Positions 46,151-54,853 of a stretch of DNA of 54,853 nt are shown here, in pieces. The position numbers were made by a program, and so were the translations under genes. How positions within the stretch are numbered: the first letter of the stretch is position 1; each line of letters starts with the position of its first letter. This DNA is from an uncultured Alkaliphilus sp. (GTDB taxonomy: Bacteria; Bacillota; Clostridia; Peptostreptococcales; Natronincolaceae). The DNA is taken from positions 1 through 54,853 of the forward strand of contig CAYOGD010000001.1 of NCBI GenBank assembly GCA_964403395.1, read 5' to 3'. The notes under the pieces are model-generated. The model was not told the DNA's origin. It did no database searches and saw only the letters and a list, made by a program, of their open reading frames with translations.

Positions 46151-46642
46151 ATGTTTAGAGTAGGGATAATTACTTCCAGTGATAAGGGTTCGAGGGGTGA
46201 AAGAGAAGACCTGTCGGGGCCCGTTATTGCAGAATTGGTGGGGGCAAAAGGTTATGAGGTTATAAGACAGGTGATAGTACCCGATAATGCGGAGGAATTG
46301 ACACGGGAAATGATCCATATGGCAGATGAATTAAAGGTAGACCTGATATTAACCACAGGAGGTACAGGATTTAACAAAAGGGATGTAACTCCTGAAGCTA
46401 CTCTTGGCGTTTGTGACAGGATGGCAAACGGTATTGTCGAGGCTATAAGGTATCACAGCCTTAATATTACTTCCAGGGCAATGCTTTCCAGGGCGGTTTC
46501 CGGAATAAGGGGAGGGACGCTGATAGTAAATCTTCCCGGAAGTCCAAAGGCTGTCAAAGAGGCTTTAGATTATGTTTTGGATAGTATTTATCATGGACTA
46601 GAAATATTGACCGATAGAACCAGCGATTGTGCCAGGAAATAG
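46151..46642 (+). CDS. mog: MogA/MoaB-family molybdopterin adenylyltransferase
   Basis: VGIITSSDKGSRGEREDLSGP...ILTTGGTGFNKRDVTPEA...NLPGSPKA, the MoCF_biosynth domain motifs. Confidence 0.85.
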   Translation: MFRVGIITSSDKGSRGEREDLSGPVIAELVGAKGYEVIRQVIVPDNAEELTREMIHMADELKVDLILTTGGTGFNKRDVTPEATLGVCDRMANGIVEAIRYHSLNITSRAMLSRAVSGIRGGTLIVNLPGSPKAVKEALDYVLDSIYHGLEILTDRTSDCARK

Positions 46643-46694
46643 AAAGGTGAAATGGACTTAAATAATTTTAGTCCTGATGATAGGGGCAATTTTA

Positions 46695-47477
46695 ATGGAG
46701 CTGATCAAAAAATATAATATATTGAAAATAGATGGTAAAAATAAGGCCATAGTAGAAGACATAGTGATAATAGAGTATCCCCTTACCATTTTTATAAATA
46801 ATGAAGAGATTGTAACTCTTTTATGCAGCCCTAAATCTCTAGAATATTTAGCGATAGGATTTTTATATTCCGAAGGCTTTATAAGGGATTATTCCGAAAT
46901 AGATGATATTCGAATAGATGAGGAATGGGGAAGGGTTTATGTAGGATTAGAGGTGAAAAATGTTCCCGATAAACAGTTACAACTAAAGAAGACAATAACT
47001 TCAAGCGGCGGAAGGGGTATGATACCCTACAATATGTCGGGCCCTTTAAAGTCGAGGCAAACAGCAACCCCTCAGGATATATCAATTTATGAAATAAAAA
47101 AATTGATGACGGAATTTAGCAAAAGTTCGGATCTCTTTTATGCAACCGGGGGGGTTCATGTTTGTGCTATATGTGATAATAATGGTATAATATATTTTGA
47201 AGAAGATATCGGAAGACATAATGCATTAGATAAGGTGCTGGGCAAAGCACTGACAGAGAATATGGGCCTGGGGGATAAGATGATTTTGGCCAGCGGCAGA
47301 ATTTCTTCCGAAATGTTGACAAAAGCGGTGAAGATGGGCATTATGGTGGTAGTTTCCAGGTCTGCTCCAACATCATCGGCTGTTCATATGGCCAGAGAAT
47401 TAAATGTAATTTTGATAGGATTTGCAAGAGGAGAAAAAATGAATATTTATAGTAATTTTTCGAGCTTAAAATTCTAA
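46695..47477 (+). CDS. fdhD: Formate dehydrogenase accessory sulfurtransferase FdhD
   Basis: GGVHVCA..., EDIGRHNALDKVLG and VSRSAPTSSAV motifs. The start is uncertain (46677 or 46695). Confidence 0.8.
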   Translation: MELIKKYNILKIDGKNKAIVEDIVIIEYPLTIFINNEEIVTLLCSPKSLEYLAIGFLYSEGFIRDYSEIDDIRIDEEWGRVYVGLEVKNVPDKQLQLKKTITSSGGRGMIPYNMSGPLKSRQTATPQDISIYEIKKLMTEFSKSSDLFYATGGVHVCAICDNNGIIYFEEDIGRHNALDKVLGKALTENMGLGDKMILASGRISSEMLTKAVKMGIMVVVSRSAPTSSAVHMARELNVILIGFARGEKMNIYSNFSSLKF

Positions 47478-47484
47478 AGCTGAA

Positions 47485-47590
47485 ATTTAGCCAAGAATTA
47501 AAGCCTATGGGTATGAGGGGAAACCCCTATGCCTCCCGTATTCGGAAAGGAAGATATTATGCAGCCTTTTCCCGGGCTGTTTTTTCATTT
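47485..47590 (+). promoter_or_regulatory. Molybdenum-cofactor (Moco) riboswitch candidate with intrinsic terminator
   Basis: A GGTATGAGGGG-AAA-CCCCTATGCC hairpin is followed by the conserved-looking CCTCCCG...GGAAAGGA segment. The terminator CAGCC, loop TTTTCCCG, GGCTG plus T6 (about 47562-47586) then follows. It lies directly upstream of moeA. Confidence 0.55.
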
Positions 47591-47696
47591 GGGAATTCAA
47601 AAAAATATAAGGCTGAAGAATCGTCAGGTAATTCATAATTGACAACTGAGCCACATCATGTTGTTATTGATCAGACGGAAGAAGGTGGTGCTTTAA

Positions 47697-48926
47697 ATGG
47701 ATTTTTTTAATGTGGTTAGCGTTGATGAGGGTAGAAAAATATTGATGGAAAACTTTGGAGATTATGACCTTAAAACTGAATATGTAGATTTGGAGCACAG
47801 TATTAACAGAGTTTTAGGGGAAGATATATATTCGGCTATAAATGTGCCTGAATTTAATCGCTCTACGGTAGATGGTTATGCTATTAAGGTTGAAGACAGT
47901 CATGGGGCTAATCAGTCCATACCCAGTATTATAAATATATTAGGGGAAGTGATGATGGGGGAACAGACAAATTCATCCATTAAAAGCGGAGAATCATTTT
48001 ATGTTCCAACGGGAGGCATGATTCCGGAAGGTTCCGATGGGGTTGTTATGGTGGAGCACGTAGAAAAAATGGACAGTAACACACTCCTAATATACAAACC
48101 CATATCACAGGGTGAAAACATCAATTATAAAGGCGATGACATAAAAAAAGGAGAATTGATTTTAAAAAAAGGTTGGAAAATAACTACCGGAGCTGTAGGG
48201 GTTTTAGCAGCCTTGGGAATTTCTAAGGTATGTGTATATTGCAAACCAAGGTTTTATATAATATCTACGGGCGATGAGATAATAGATATAGAGGAAGAAT
48301 TAACTCTGGGCAAGATTAGGGACATCAATTCTTATACATTGTGTTCATTGGTCCATAATATCGGAGGAATTGTAGTTGGAAGGAAGATAGTGAAGGATAG
48401 TTATGAATTATTGCAGGATGAAGTGAAAAAGGCTATAGATATATCGGATATAATTCTTTTGTCCGGGGGCAGTTCTGTAGGTACAAGGGATTATACGGGC
48501 AAAGTTATAGATTCATTTGATGGAAAAGGAGTATTGTTTCATGGTTTGGCTATAAAACCGGGAAAACCCACCATTGTGGGTGAAGCAGGCAGCAAATTAA
48601 TTTGCGGGTTGCCGGGACATCCGGTATCCTCAATTATAGTATTTAAAGCGTTGCTGGAATATTATATCAGAAAAAGGATGGGGATAATGGAAATAATACC
48701 AAGAGTAAAAGCCATAATGGATTATAATTTCCGGTCTGATCCCGGTAAAGAGACATATCAGATGATTGAGTTGAGACAAGAAGGAGAGAATTTTTATGGC
48801 GTCCCATCATTTGGTAAATCCGGCATGATCAGTTTATTATCCAAATCTCAAGGATATATAATAATAGGTTCACATGAAGAGGGAATTTATAAAGGGGAAG
48901 AGCGGGAAGTTTATCTGCTTCAGTAA
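47697..48926 (+). CDS. moeA: Molybdopterin molybdenumtransferase MoeA
   Basis: NRSTVDGYAI, PTGGMIP, STGDE, LLSGGSSVGTRDY and IKPGKP motifs. Length is 409 aa. Confidence 0.9.
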   Translation: MDFFNVVSVDEGRKILMENFGDYDLKTEYVDLEHSINRVLGEDIYSAINVPEFNRSTVDGYAIKVEDSHGANQSIPSIINILGEVMMGEQTNSSIKSGESFYVPTGGMIPEGSDGVVMVEHVEKMDSNTLLIYKPISQGENINYKGDDIKKGELILKKGWKITTGAVGVLAALGISKVCVYCKPRFYIISTGDEIIDIEEELTLGKIRDINSYTLCSLVHNIGGIVVGRKIVKDSYELLQDEVKKAIDISDIILLSGGSSVGTRDYTGKVIDSFDGKGVLFHGLAIKPGKPTIVGEAGSKLICGLPGHPVSSIIVFKALLEYYIRKRMGIMEIIPRVKAIMDYNFRSDPGKETYQMIELRQEGENFYGVPSFGKSGMISLLSKSQGYIIIGSHEEGIYKGEEREVYLLQ

Positions 48927-49066
48927 AATTAAATTAAAATCCGGTTTCTGACCGGTAATCAGAAGGACGGAAATTTATCTACCTTGATAAAATCGAGCTT
49001 GTATAATTTTGAATATCTTTGTGCAGGTAATTGTTCTTTAAATAAACAAACGGTGAGGTGAAATAA

Positions 49067-50956
49067 ATGGATAGAAGTACTTATATAGATAATATACCGG
49101 TGGAGGAAGCCAAGGCTGAATATTTCGAACGGTTAAATATTCAAACTCACTTTGAGGAACTGGTTCCTACGGATGCTTTAAATAGGGTGACTTATGAAGC
49201 AATATATGCTGAGATGAGTTCCCCCGGTTACAATGCGGCAGCAATGGATGGTATAGCTGTTGTAGCTGCTAAGACAAAAGGTGCTACAGAAATTTCGCCG
49301 GTGATTTTGGTGGAAGGTGAAGATTTTTCCTATGTCAATACCGGAAATCAGATTTTGAATCCTTATGATTCTGTTATAATGATTGAAGATGTAATCGACC
49401 TAGGAAATGGACAAGTTAAAATTTTAAAATCCGCCTATCCGTGGCAACATATCAGACAGATTGGGGAAGATATAGTAGCTACTGAAATGATAATACCGTC
49501 CAGACATGTGATCAGGCCTATTGATCTGGGCGCATTGATATCCGGGGGTATTGAAAGGTTAAAGGTATATAGGAAACCGAGGGTAGGTATTCTTCCAACC
49601 GGCACAGAGATAGTTGAAGACATAAAACAGGTGACAGACGGTAAAATTATAGATTCTAATTCTCGGGTTTTTGAGGGTTTGGTAAAAGAATATGGAGGTA
49701 TACCCAACAGGTATGTTCCTCATGGTGATGATTACCAACTATTGATAGAGGCAATATCAAAAGGTGTTGACGAAAATGATATGCTGCTTATAAATGCGGG
49801 CTCTTCCGCAGGGACTACTGATTATACGGTTAAATTGATTGAAGAATTAGGCGAGGTTGTGGTTCATGGAGTAGCCATGCAGCCGGGAAAACCAACTATT
49901 TTAGGTGTTATAAACAATAAACCCGTAATAGGGGTTCCGGGATATCCTGTCTCCGCGTATTTTATATTTGAAACTTTTGTAAAACCAGTGATAGAGAAAT
50001 ATATTGGGATTGAATCAAAGGATGAAGATATTATTCAGGGTGTGCTTTCCAATAGAATTGTATCATCACTGAAAAATAGAGAGCTGGTAAGATTGAATTT
50101 AGGATATGTAGGGGAAAATTTAATAGCTACTCCGATAGGTGGTGGGGCCGGAGCAACCATGAGTCTTGTAAAGGCTGACGGGATAGGTGTTATTCCCAGG
50201 AATATTGAGGGGATAGATGCAGGTGATACCATTGAAATTAGCCTATTAAAACCTATATCAACTATAAAATCAAAACTGGTATCTATAGGTAGCCATGATT
50301 TGATTATGGATGTATTAGGAGATATGACCGGACTCTCTTCAGGACATGTAGGGAGTATGGGTGGAATATTATCCATGAAAAGGGGAGAGTCTCATATAGC
50401 CCCGATTCATTTACTGGATGAGGAAACTGGGGAATACAATATAAGTTATGTTAAAAAATATTTTCCTGAACAGAAAATGGCCCTTATTAAGGGAGTAAAA
50501 AGACTGCAAGGTTTTATTGTACAAAAGGGAAATCCTAAAGGAATAATAGATTTTAAGGACTTAATAAAAGAGGGAGTTTCTTATGCCAATAGGCAAAGGG
50601 GTGCAGGTACCAGGGTGTTGTTGGATTATCATTTAAAGTTAGATAGTATAGACTCACATCTTGTAGAAGGTTATACCAGGGAATTGAATACACATATGGC
50701 TGTAAGCGCGGCAGTAAAAACAGGCTCTGCTACTACGGGGTTAGGTATTTATTCTGCAGCAAAGGCCATGGAGTTGGATTTTGTAGATGTAACTTATGAA
50801 GATTATGATTTTTTGGTGACATATGAATCATTAGAAGATCCAAGGATTAAGAAATTTATCAAACTATTAAAATCAGATCTTTTCCAATCCCGTGTAGATA
50901 AATTGGGTGGATATAAATTTGAAAACACAGGAGACGTAATAACAATAGGAAGCTAG
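49067..50956 (+). CDS. MoeA-like protein fused to a C-terminal periplasmic-binding-protein-like (molybdate/tungstate-binding-type) domain
   Basis: The N-terminal roughly 400 aa are MoeA-like (AAMDGIAV, PTGTE, INAGSSAGTTDY, MQPGKP). The C-terminal roughly 220 aa are a PBP-like fold (LVSIGSHD...RQRGAGTR...). Confidence 0.8.
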   Translation: MDRSTYIDNIPVEEAKAEYFERLNIQTHFEELVPTDALNRVTYEAIYAEMSSPGYNAAAMDGIAVVAAKTKGATEISPVILVEGEDFSYVNTGNQILNPYDSVIMIEDVIDLGNGQVKILKSAYPWQHIRQIGEDIVATEMIIPSRHVIRPIDLGALISGGIERLKVYRKPRVGILPTGTEIVEDIKQVTDGKIIDSNSRVFEGLVKEYGGIPNRYVPHGDDYQLLIEAISKGVDENDMLLINAGSSAGTTDYTVKLIEELGEVVVHGVAMQPGKPTILGVINNKPVIGVPGYPVSAYFIFETFVKPVIEKYIGIESKDEDIIQGVLSNRIVSSLKNRELVRLNLGYVGENLIATPIGGGAGATMSLVKADGIGVIPRNIEGIDAGDTIEISLLKPISTIKSKLVSIGSHDLIMDVLGDMTGLSSGHVGSMGGILSMKRGESHIAPIHLLDEETGEYNISYVKKYFPEQKMALIKGVKRLQGFIVQKGNPKGIIDFKDLIKEGVSYANRQRGAGTRVLLDYHLKLDSIDSHLVEGYTRELNTHMAVSAAVKTGSATTGLGIYSAAKAMELDFVDVTYEDYDFLVTYESLEDPRIKKFIKLLKSDLFQSRVDKLGGYKFENTGDVITIGS

Positions 50957-50964
50957 GTGATAAA

Positions 50965-51921
50965 ATGAGAGATTCATTTGGGAGAAAGATAACCTATCTC
51001 AGGATATCCTTAACGGACAGGTGTAATTATAGATGTATTTATTGTATGCCTCAAAGAGGTATAGATGATAAACTGGATCATGAGGATATGTTGTCCTTAG
51101 AAGAGATGTATGTACTGATAAAAGATTTTGTAGAATTAGGAATCAATAAAATCAGATTTACTGGCGGGGAGCCTTTGGTTAGAAGAGGCATAGTTGACTT
51201 AGTAGGTAAAGTGAATAAGTTAGAAGGGATTAAGGAATTAACTATGACCACAAACGGGCAGCTATTAAAACAAATGGCCGGGCCTTTGAAGGAAGCCGGG
51301 TTAAATAGAGTTAATATCAGTTTAGACACATTAGACCCTGTGAAGTTTGTGGAAATTACAAGATGCGGGGATTTAAATGCTGTATTGGAAGGTATCGACG
51401 AAGCTATAAATGTAGGATTGACCCCGGTAAAAATCAATACGGTACTGATCGGTGGAATAAATGACAATGAAATAAGAGATTTGATAGATTTTACTAAAAG
51501 AGGTATAGATGTAAGGTTCATAGAGTTGATGCCTATAGGAGAGGCCGCTAATTTTGCCAAGGAAAGATTTGTTTCTACCAATCTGGTGTTAGAGACTGTA
51601 AAGGAACTGGTTCCTATAGAAAGGGAGGATAAGTCTTCCCCGGCAACTTATTATGTTCTTCCCGGCGTTAAAGGTAAAGTGGGGCTTATAAATCCTATTT
51701 CTTGTAAATTCTGTGAAAATTGTAATAGGGTCAGACTCACATCTTCAGGAAAATTAAAGCTCTGCTTGCATTCGGATAGGGAAATAGATTTGAAATCCGC
51801 ACTGCGGAACAATGAGGATATCAAAAAAATTATTAAAGATGCTATATGGACCAAAGAGGAAAGTCATCACTTAGAAGATGAACAGTATATAATCAGAAAT
51901 ATGCATCAAATAGGAGGGTAG
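50965..51921 (+). CDS. moaA: GTP 3',8-cyclase (radical SAM)
   Basis: CNYRCIYC radical-SAM cluster motif, FTGGEPL, and the C-terminal cluster cysteines [21 protein letters not shown]. Confidence 0.92.
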   Translation: MRDSFGRKITYLRISLTDRCNYRCIYCMPQRGIDDKLDHEDMLSLEEMYVLIKDFVELGINKIRFTGGEPLVRRGIVDLVGKVNKLEGIKELTMTTNGQLLKQMAGPLKEAGLNRVNISLDTLDPVKFVEITRCGDLNAVLEGIDEAINVGLTPVKINTVLIGGINDNEIRDLIDFTKRGIDVRFIELMPIGEAANFAKERFVSTNLVLETVKELVPIEREDKSSPATYYVLPGVKGKVGLINPISCKFCENCNRVRLTSSGKLKLCLHSDREIDLKSALRNNEDIKKIIKDAIWTKEESHHLEDEQYIIRNMHQIGG

Positions 51922-51923
51922 AT

Positions 51924-52397
51924 ATGGACGAGTTAACTCACTTTAACAAAAGCGGCAGGGCCCATATGGTAGAAGTGGGAAGCAAGGATATAACTAAGAG
52001 AACTGCCATAGCTAGAGGGAAAATTATTATGAAAGATGAAACCCTTCAAAGGATAAAAGATGGATTGATAGAAAAAGGTGATGTATTGTCAGTTGCTCAG
52101 GTAGGGGGAATAATGGGGGCTAAAAAAACCAGTGAGCTGATCCCCATGTGTCATAATATATCCTTGACGGGGGCGGACATCAGATTTCAGTTTATTCATA
52201 ATGGTGTAGAGGTAGAAGCGGAAGTTAATGCTGCAGACAAAACCGGGGTTGAAATGGAGGCATTGACTGCAGTGAGCTTAGCATGTCTAACAATCTATGA
52301 TATGTGTAAGGCTATGGACAGAGGCATGGTGATTCAGGATATAATGTTGGTTAAAAAAACGGGCGGAAAATCAGGCGTGTTTACGAGAGAAAAATAG
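51924..52397 (+). CDS. moaC: Cyclic pyranopterin monophosphate synthase
   Basis: [18 protein letters not shown]...LIPMCHNI...[24 protein letters not shown] is the canonical MoaC sequence. Confidence 0.92.
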   Translation: MDELTHFNKSGRAHMVEVGSKDITKRTAIARGKIIMKDETLQRIKDGLIEKGDVLSVAQVGGIMGAKKTSELIPMCHNISLTGADIRFQFIHNGVEVEAEVNAADKTGVEMEALTAVSLACLTIYDMCKAMDRGMVIQDIMLVKKTGGKSGVFTREK

Positions 52398-52541
52398 CAT
52401 AGGGAAAGTGTTATTAATTGGTGTTTTTAGGCTTATATTTTTATCAGAGGCTATTGCTCAACCTATGCCGTAAGTTAGAAGTTATAGAAGCTAAAATACT
52501 GAAAATATTATAAGTATAATTCATTAAAAGTAGACAATAGG

Positions 52542-52587
52542 AAAAAACAACTGCCTATCTTTATTCAAGTAGGTAGTTGTTTTTTTA
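52542..52587 (+). terminator. Terminator after the Moco operon
   Basis: AAAAAACAACTGCCTA pairs with TAGGTAGTTGTTTTTTT, giving a 10-bp core stem with one G.U pair and flanking A and T tracts. Confidence 0.65.
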
Positions 52588-52695
52588 TTATACACATAAT
52601 AATTTAAATTGAATAAATTAATAGTATATGTAAATGAAGAGATTTTATCGGGACTATGAACTATCGGGCAAATCGTTTGGATGGAGGAGATTATA

Positions 52696-53784
52696 ATGGC
52701 GAAAAAAGGGTGTATTAAAAGGCTTTTACCCGGCAGCAACACATCTATCGGGTTCTATTCGTATTTTGAATATGTCATAGATCAAAAAGAAGCGAGAAAA
52801 ATTTATTATTTTAAGGGTGCTCCCGGCGTGGGAAAATCCTATATGATGAAAAAGATAGGTTATGAAATAATTGATAGAGGGATGGACGTGGAATTTCATC
52901 ACTGTGCCGCAGATCCGGAATCTATTGATGCAATTGTTATACCGAGTATAAAAGTAGGTATAATAGATGGCACAACCCCTCATGCCATTGATCCGAGGTA
53001 TCCGGGTGTCACGGGAACAATAGTCAATCTAGACGAATTTTTAAACGAAGAGGGTTTAAAAAGAGTTAAAAACAGTATTATAGAATCTACAGAAGATAAT
53101 AAGAATATCTATATCAGAATATATAAATATCTTGCAGCGGCAAAATTGATACATGATGATATTGAATGGATCAATAGTTATTCCATGAATTTTAATAAAG
53201 TCAACGAGGAGACTGATAAATTAATAAATGGATATTTAAATATTATTGGGGAAAGAAATAAATTGGGTAGGGAGAGACACCTTTTTGGAAGTTCGTACAC
53301 ATTAAAGGGCAGGATAGACCATGCTGAAACCTTTATCGGTATAATGGGGGATATCATTCATATAAAAGGGGACGATGGTACGGGCAAATCGGAATTGCTC
53401 AAAAAGTTATCGTCTATAGCATTGAATAAAGGCTATGATGTGGAGATCTACCACGAGCCATTAGTACCGAAAAAAATAGAATCCATTGTTATTGCGGAAC
53501 TCGATTTAGCCTTTACAACAAATAATAAATTTTTCAATAAAAAAACCGTGGACTTAGATATGCATATAGATGATATGAAGATCAAAAAATATAAAGAAGA
53601 GTTAAAGCATAGTAAAAAGATATTTAACAGATTGTTAAATGATGCTTTTGTCTACTTAGGGAAGACTAACGCTGCTCATAATAGAATAGAGGAATATTAT
53701 GCTCCAAACATCTTTTATGAAGATTTAAACAAGGCCAGAGAAAATATATTAGAGGAAATAATTGAAATCAAAAAACAAAAATAA
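52696..53784 (+). CDS. Conserved hypothetical ATPase with two P-loop modules (internal duplication)
   Basis: GAPGVGKS...MDVEFHHCAADPESIDAIVIP is mirrored by GDDGTGKS...YDVEIYHEPLVPKKIESIVIAE. ATG 52696 follows GGAGGAG. Confidence 0.7.
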   Translation: MAKKGCIKRLLPGSNTSIGFYSYFEYVIDQKEARKIYYFKGAPGVGKSYMMKKIGYEIIDRGMDVEFHHCAADPESIDAIVIPSIKVGIIDGTTPHAIDPRYPGVTGTIVNLDEFLNEEGLKRVKNSIIESTEDNKNIYIRIYKYLAAAKLIHDDIEWINSYSMNFNKVNEETDKLINGYLNIIGERNKLGRERHLFGSSYTLKGRIDHAETFIGIMGDIIHIKGDDGTGKSELLKKLSSIALNKGYDVEIYHEPLVPKKIESIVIAELDLAFTTNNKFFNKKTVDLDMHIDDMKIKKYKEELKHSKKIFNRLLNDAFVYLGKTNAAHNRIEEYYAPNIFYEDLNKARENILEEIIEIKKQK

Positions 53785-53809
53785 GAAAGGGATTTTTCCT
53801 TTCTTTTTT
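53783..53809. terminator. Hairpin terminator between convergent genes
   Basis: AAGAAAGG, loop GATTTTT, CCTTTCTT, then TTTT. Confidence 0.7.
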
Positions 53810-53823
53810 AGTTTTAATGTTAC

Positions 53824-54699
53824 TCAATCGATGTGATGATTCCGGATAAAAACATCTTTGGCAGATTCGTCCGAAATAAACGTATTGTATTTCTCGCTCC
53901 AACAATATACATTTTTATAGGATTTTTCTTCTACTAGAGAAAAATTGTCTTTCGAGGGAGTCATTTCAGATTGGGCCCTGTATTTTTTTACTGAGGTAAC
54001 AGTATCTATTTCAGATGTATTTTTATGATCGAAATTGATTTGAGACTCTTCTATGACCATAATCCATTCTAAACCGGAGGCATTCATATCAACCCAGTTT
54101 TCTTTATAAATTTCTTCCCCTAATATTGTTTTTTCCAATACAATATTGAAGTTTTGTTCGTCACAATCGAAAATTTGCATATGATGCCTATAGGAAAAAG
54201 CACCTAATTTCTCATCAGATATCTGATAAACCACCATCAGTTTTTTATTTTCAGCAGGATGTTCAATAAATTTTATTTTTTCAATAGGGGATAGATTCTC
54301 TATTTTACTGTGGAATATATAATCATCATTAATTTTTTCAAATATAACTATAACCCCCAGATCCTTGGATAGATTTAAAGCTAATATAAGCTGTTCGGAC
54401 AAGTCAGGAATTATGCAACCATAATACATTTCCATATCGATATAATCCTTATAATCCTTCCATTTATTATATTTTATAATGTTTAAAATCGAATCAATAA
54501 CCTGTTTTTTAGAATCATTATCATGGGATTCGCTGTTTTTATCTGATGATTTTAATAGAGAACTATTGATTTTATATATTGGAGAACTGTATCTCTTAAA
54601 AGTGGCAATGTTTTTCGGAGATTCAAAAAAATTGAATGTTAAAAAAAATAGTATCAATGCCAGACAAAAGCTTATAATAAACCTAATATTTTTCATCAC
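53824..54699 (-). CDS. Hypothetical membrane-anchored protein (291 aa)
   Basis: The N-terminal TM helix reads IRFIISFCLALILFFLTFNFF. The soluble domain has no recognisable motif. The RBS is GAGGTG. Confidence 0.6.
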   Translation of the reverse strand: MMKNIRFIISFCLALILFFLTFNFFESPKNIATFKRYSSPIYKINSSLLKSSDKNSESHDNDSKKQVIDSILNIIKYNKWKDYKDYIDMEMYYGCIIPDLSEQLILALNLSKDLGVIVIFEKINDDYIFHSKIENLSPIEKIKFIEHPAENKKLMVVYQISDEKLGAFSYRHHMQIFDCDEQNFNIVLEKTILGEEIYKENWVDMNASGLEWIMVIEESQINFDHKNTSEIDTVTSVKKYRAQSEMTPSKDNFSLVEEKSYKNVYCWSEKYNTFISDESAKDVFIRNHHID

Positions 54700-54853
54700 A
54701 TCACCTCTATAAATTATATGAGGGTGGATGCTGTGTTTATTACTTAAACGGACATGTGCCTATATTATTTTAAGTTTGTTTGGCCTTGGTTAACAGGAGC
54801 CTGATGTGACCAGATGCTTTCACCATCACTATATATAACAACTGTATGTTGTA

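Noticed and set aside
54773-54853. Minus-strand open frame entering from the right edge (...VKASGHIRLLLTKAKQT, stop at 54773-54775).
   Set aside because: Only 27 codons are visible and I recognise no motif. That is too little to call a gene.

Overview
This is a low-GC Firmicutes (Clostridia-like) chromosomal segment, densely coded and mostly housekeeping. I saw no transposase, integrase, CRISPR array, rRNA or recognisable phage-defence operon.

Gene order:
- rpmA (3' end), obg, nadD, yqeK, a Ca2+/Na+ antiporter-family gene, rsfS, ridA
- a PBP5-type D-Ala-D-Ala carboxypeptidase (-) and comEA
- a selenocysteine-incorporation locus: selD, selA, selB
- bioY, tRNA-Thr(GGU), an RluD-family pseudouridine synthase (-), nadK
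- a roughly 8 kb block that looks G+C-richer, holding an ABC importer (+) convergent with a sensor / histidine kinase / LuxR-type response regulator operon (-), ending next to tRNA-Ala(GGC) (-)
- an ftsH paralog, an unannotated structured sRNA candidate, spoVB-like flippase (-)
- small hypothetical genes, a MocR regulator, a DAG-kinase-family lipid kinase, more hypotheticals, degV, a LysR regulator (-), tRNA-Leu(CAA) (-)
- an ECF sigma / anti-sigma pair, polA, coaE, a lytic transglycosylase, an orphan family-5 solute-binding lipoprotein, tRNA-Leu(GAG)
- a CBS-domain family II pyrophosphatase and a macro-domain protein
- a molybdenum-cofactor cluster (mog/moaB, fdhD, Moco riboswitch, moeA, moeA-PBP fusion, moaA, moaC)
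- a double-P-loop ATPase and a hypothetical membrane-anchored protein (-)

Most noteworthy observations:
1. selD is a selenoprotein gene. Its N-terminal 65 codons are missing from the ORF track because of an in-frame TGA at 7371-7373, which sits at the catalytic Cys/Sec position.
2. Two unexplained local repeat architectures: three tandem 63-64 bp hairpin units between rpmA and obg, and a 29-bp perfect inverted repeat with a 46-bp direct duplication upstream of the macro-domain gene.
3. A promoter-to-terminator, rod-like (6S-like) sRNA candidate at about 26.3-26.6 kb.
4. An operon in which a solute-binding-like, multi-TM protein with an apparently degenerate kinase module precedes a canonical HisKA_3 kinase and LuxR-type regulator.

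All functional calls come from reading motifs by eye. No database searches or folding programs were run.
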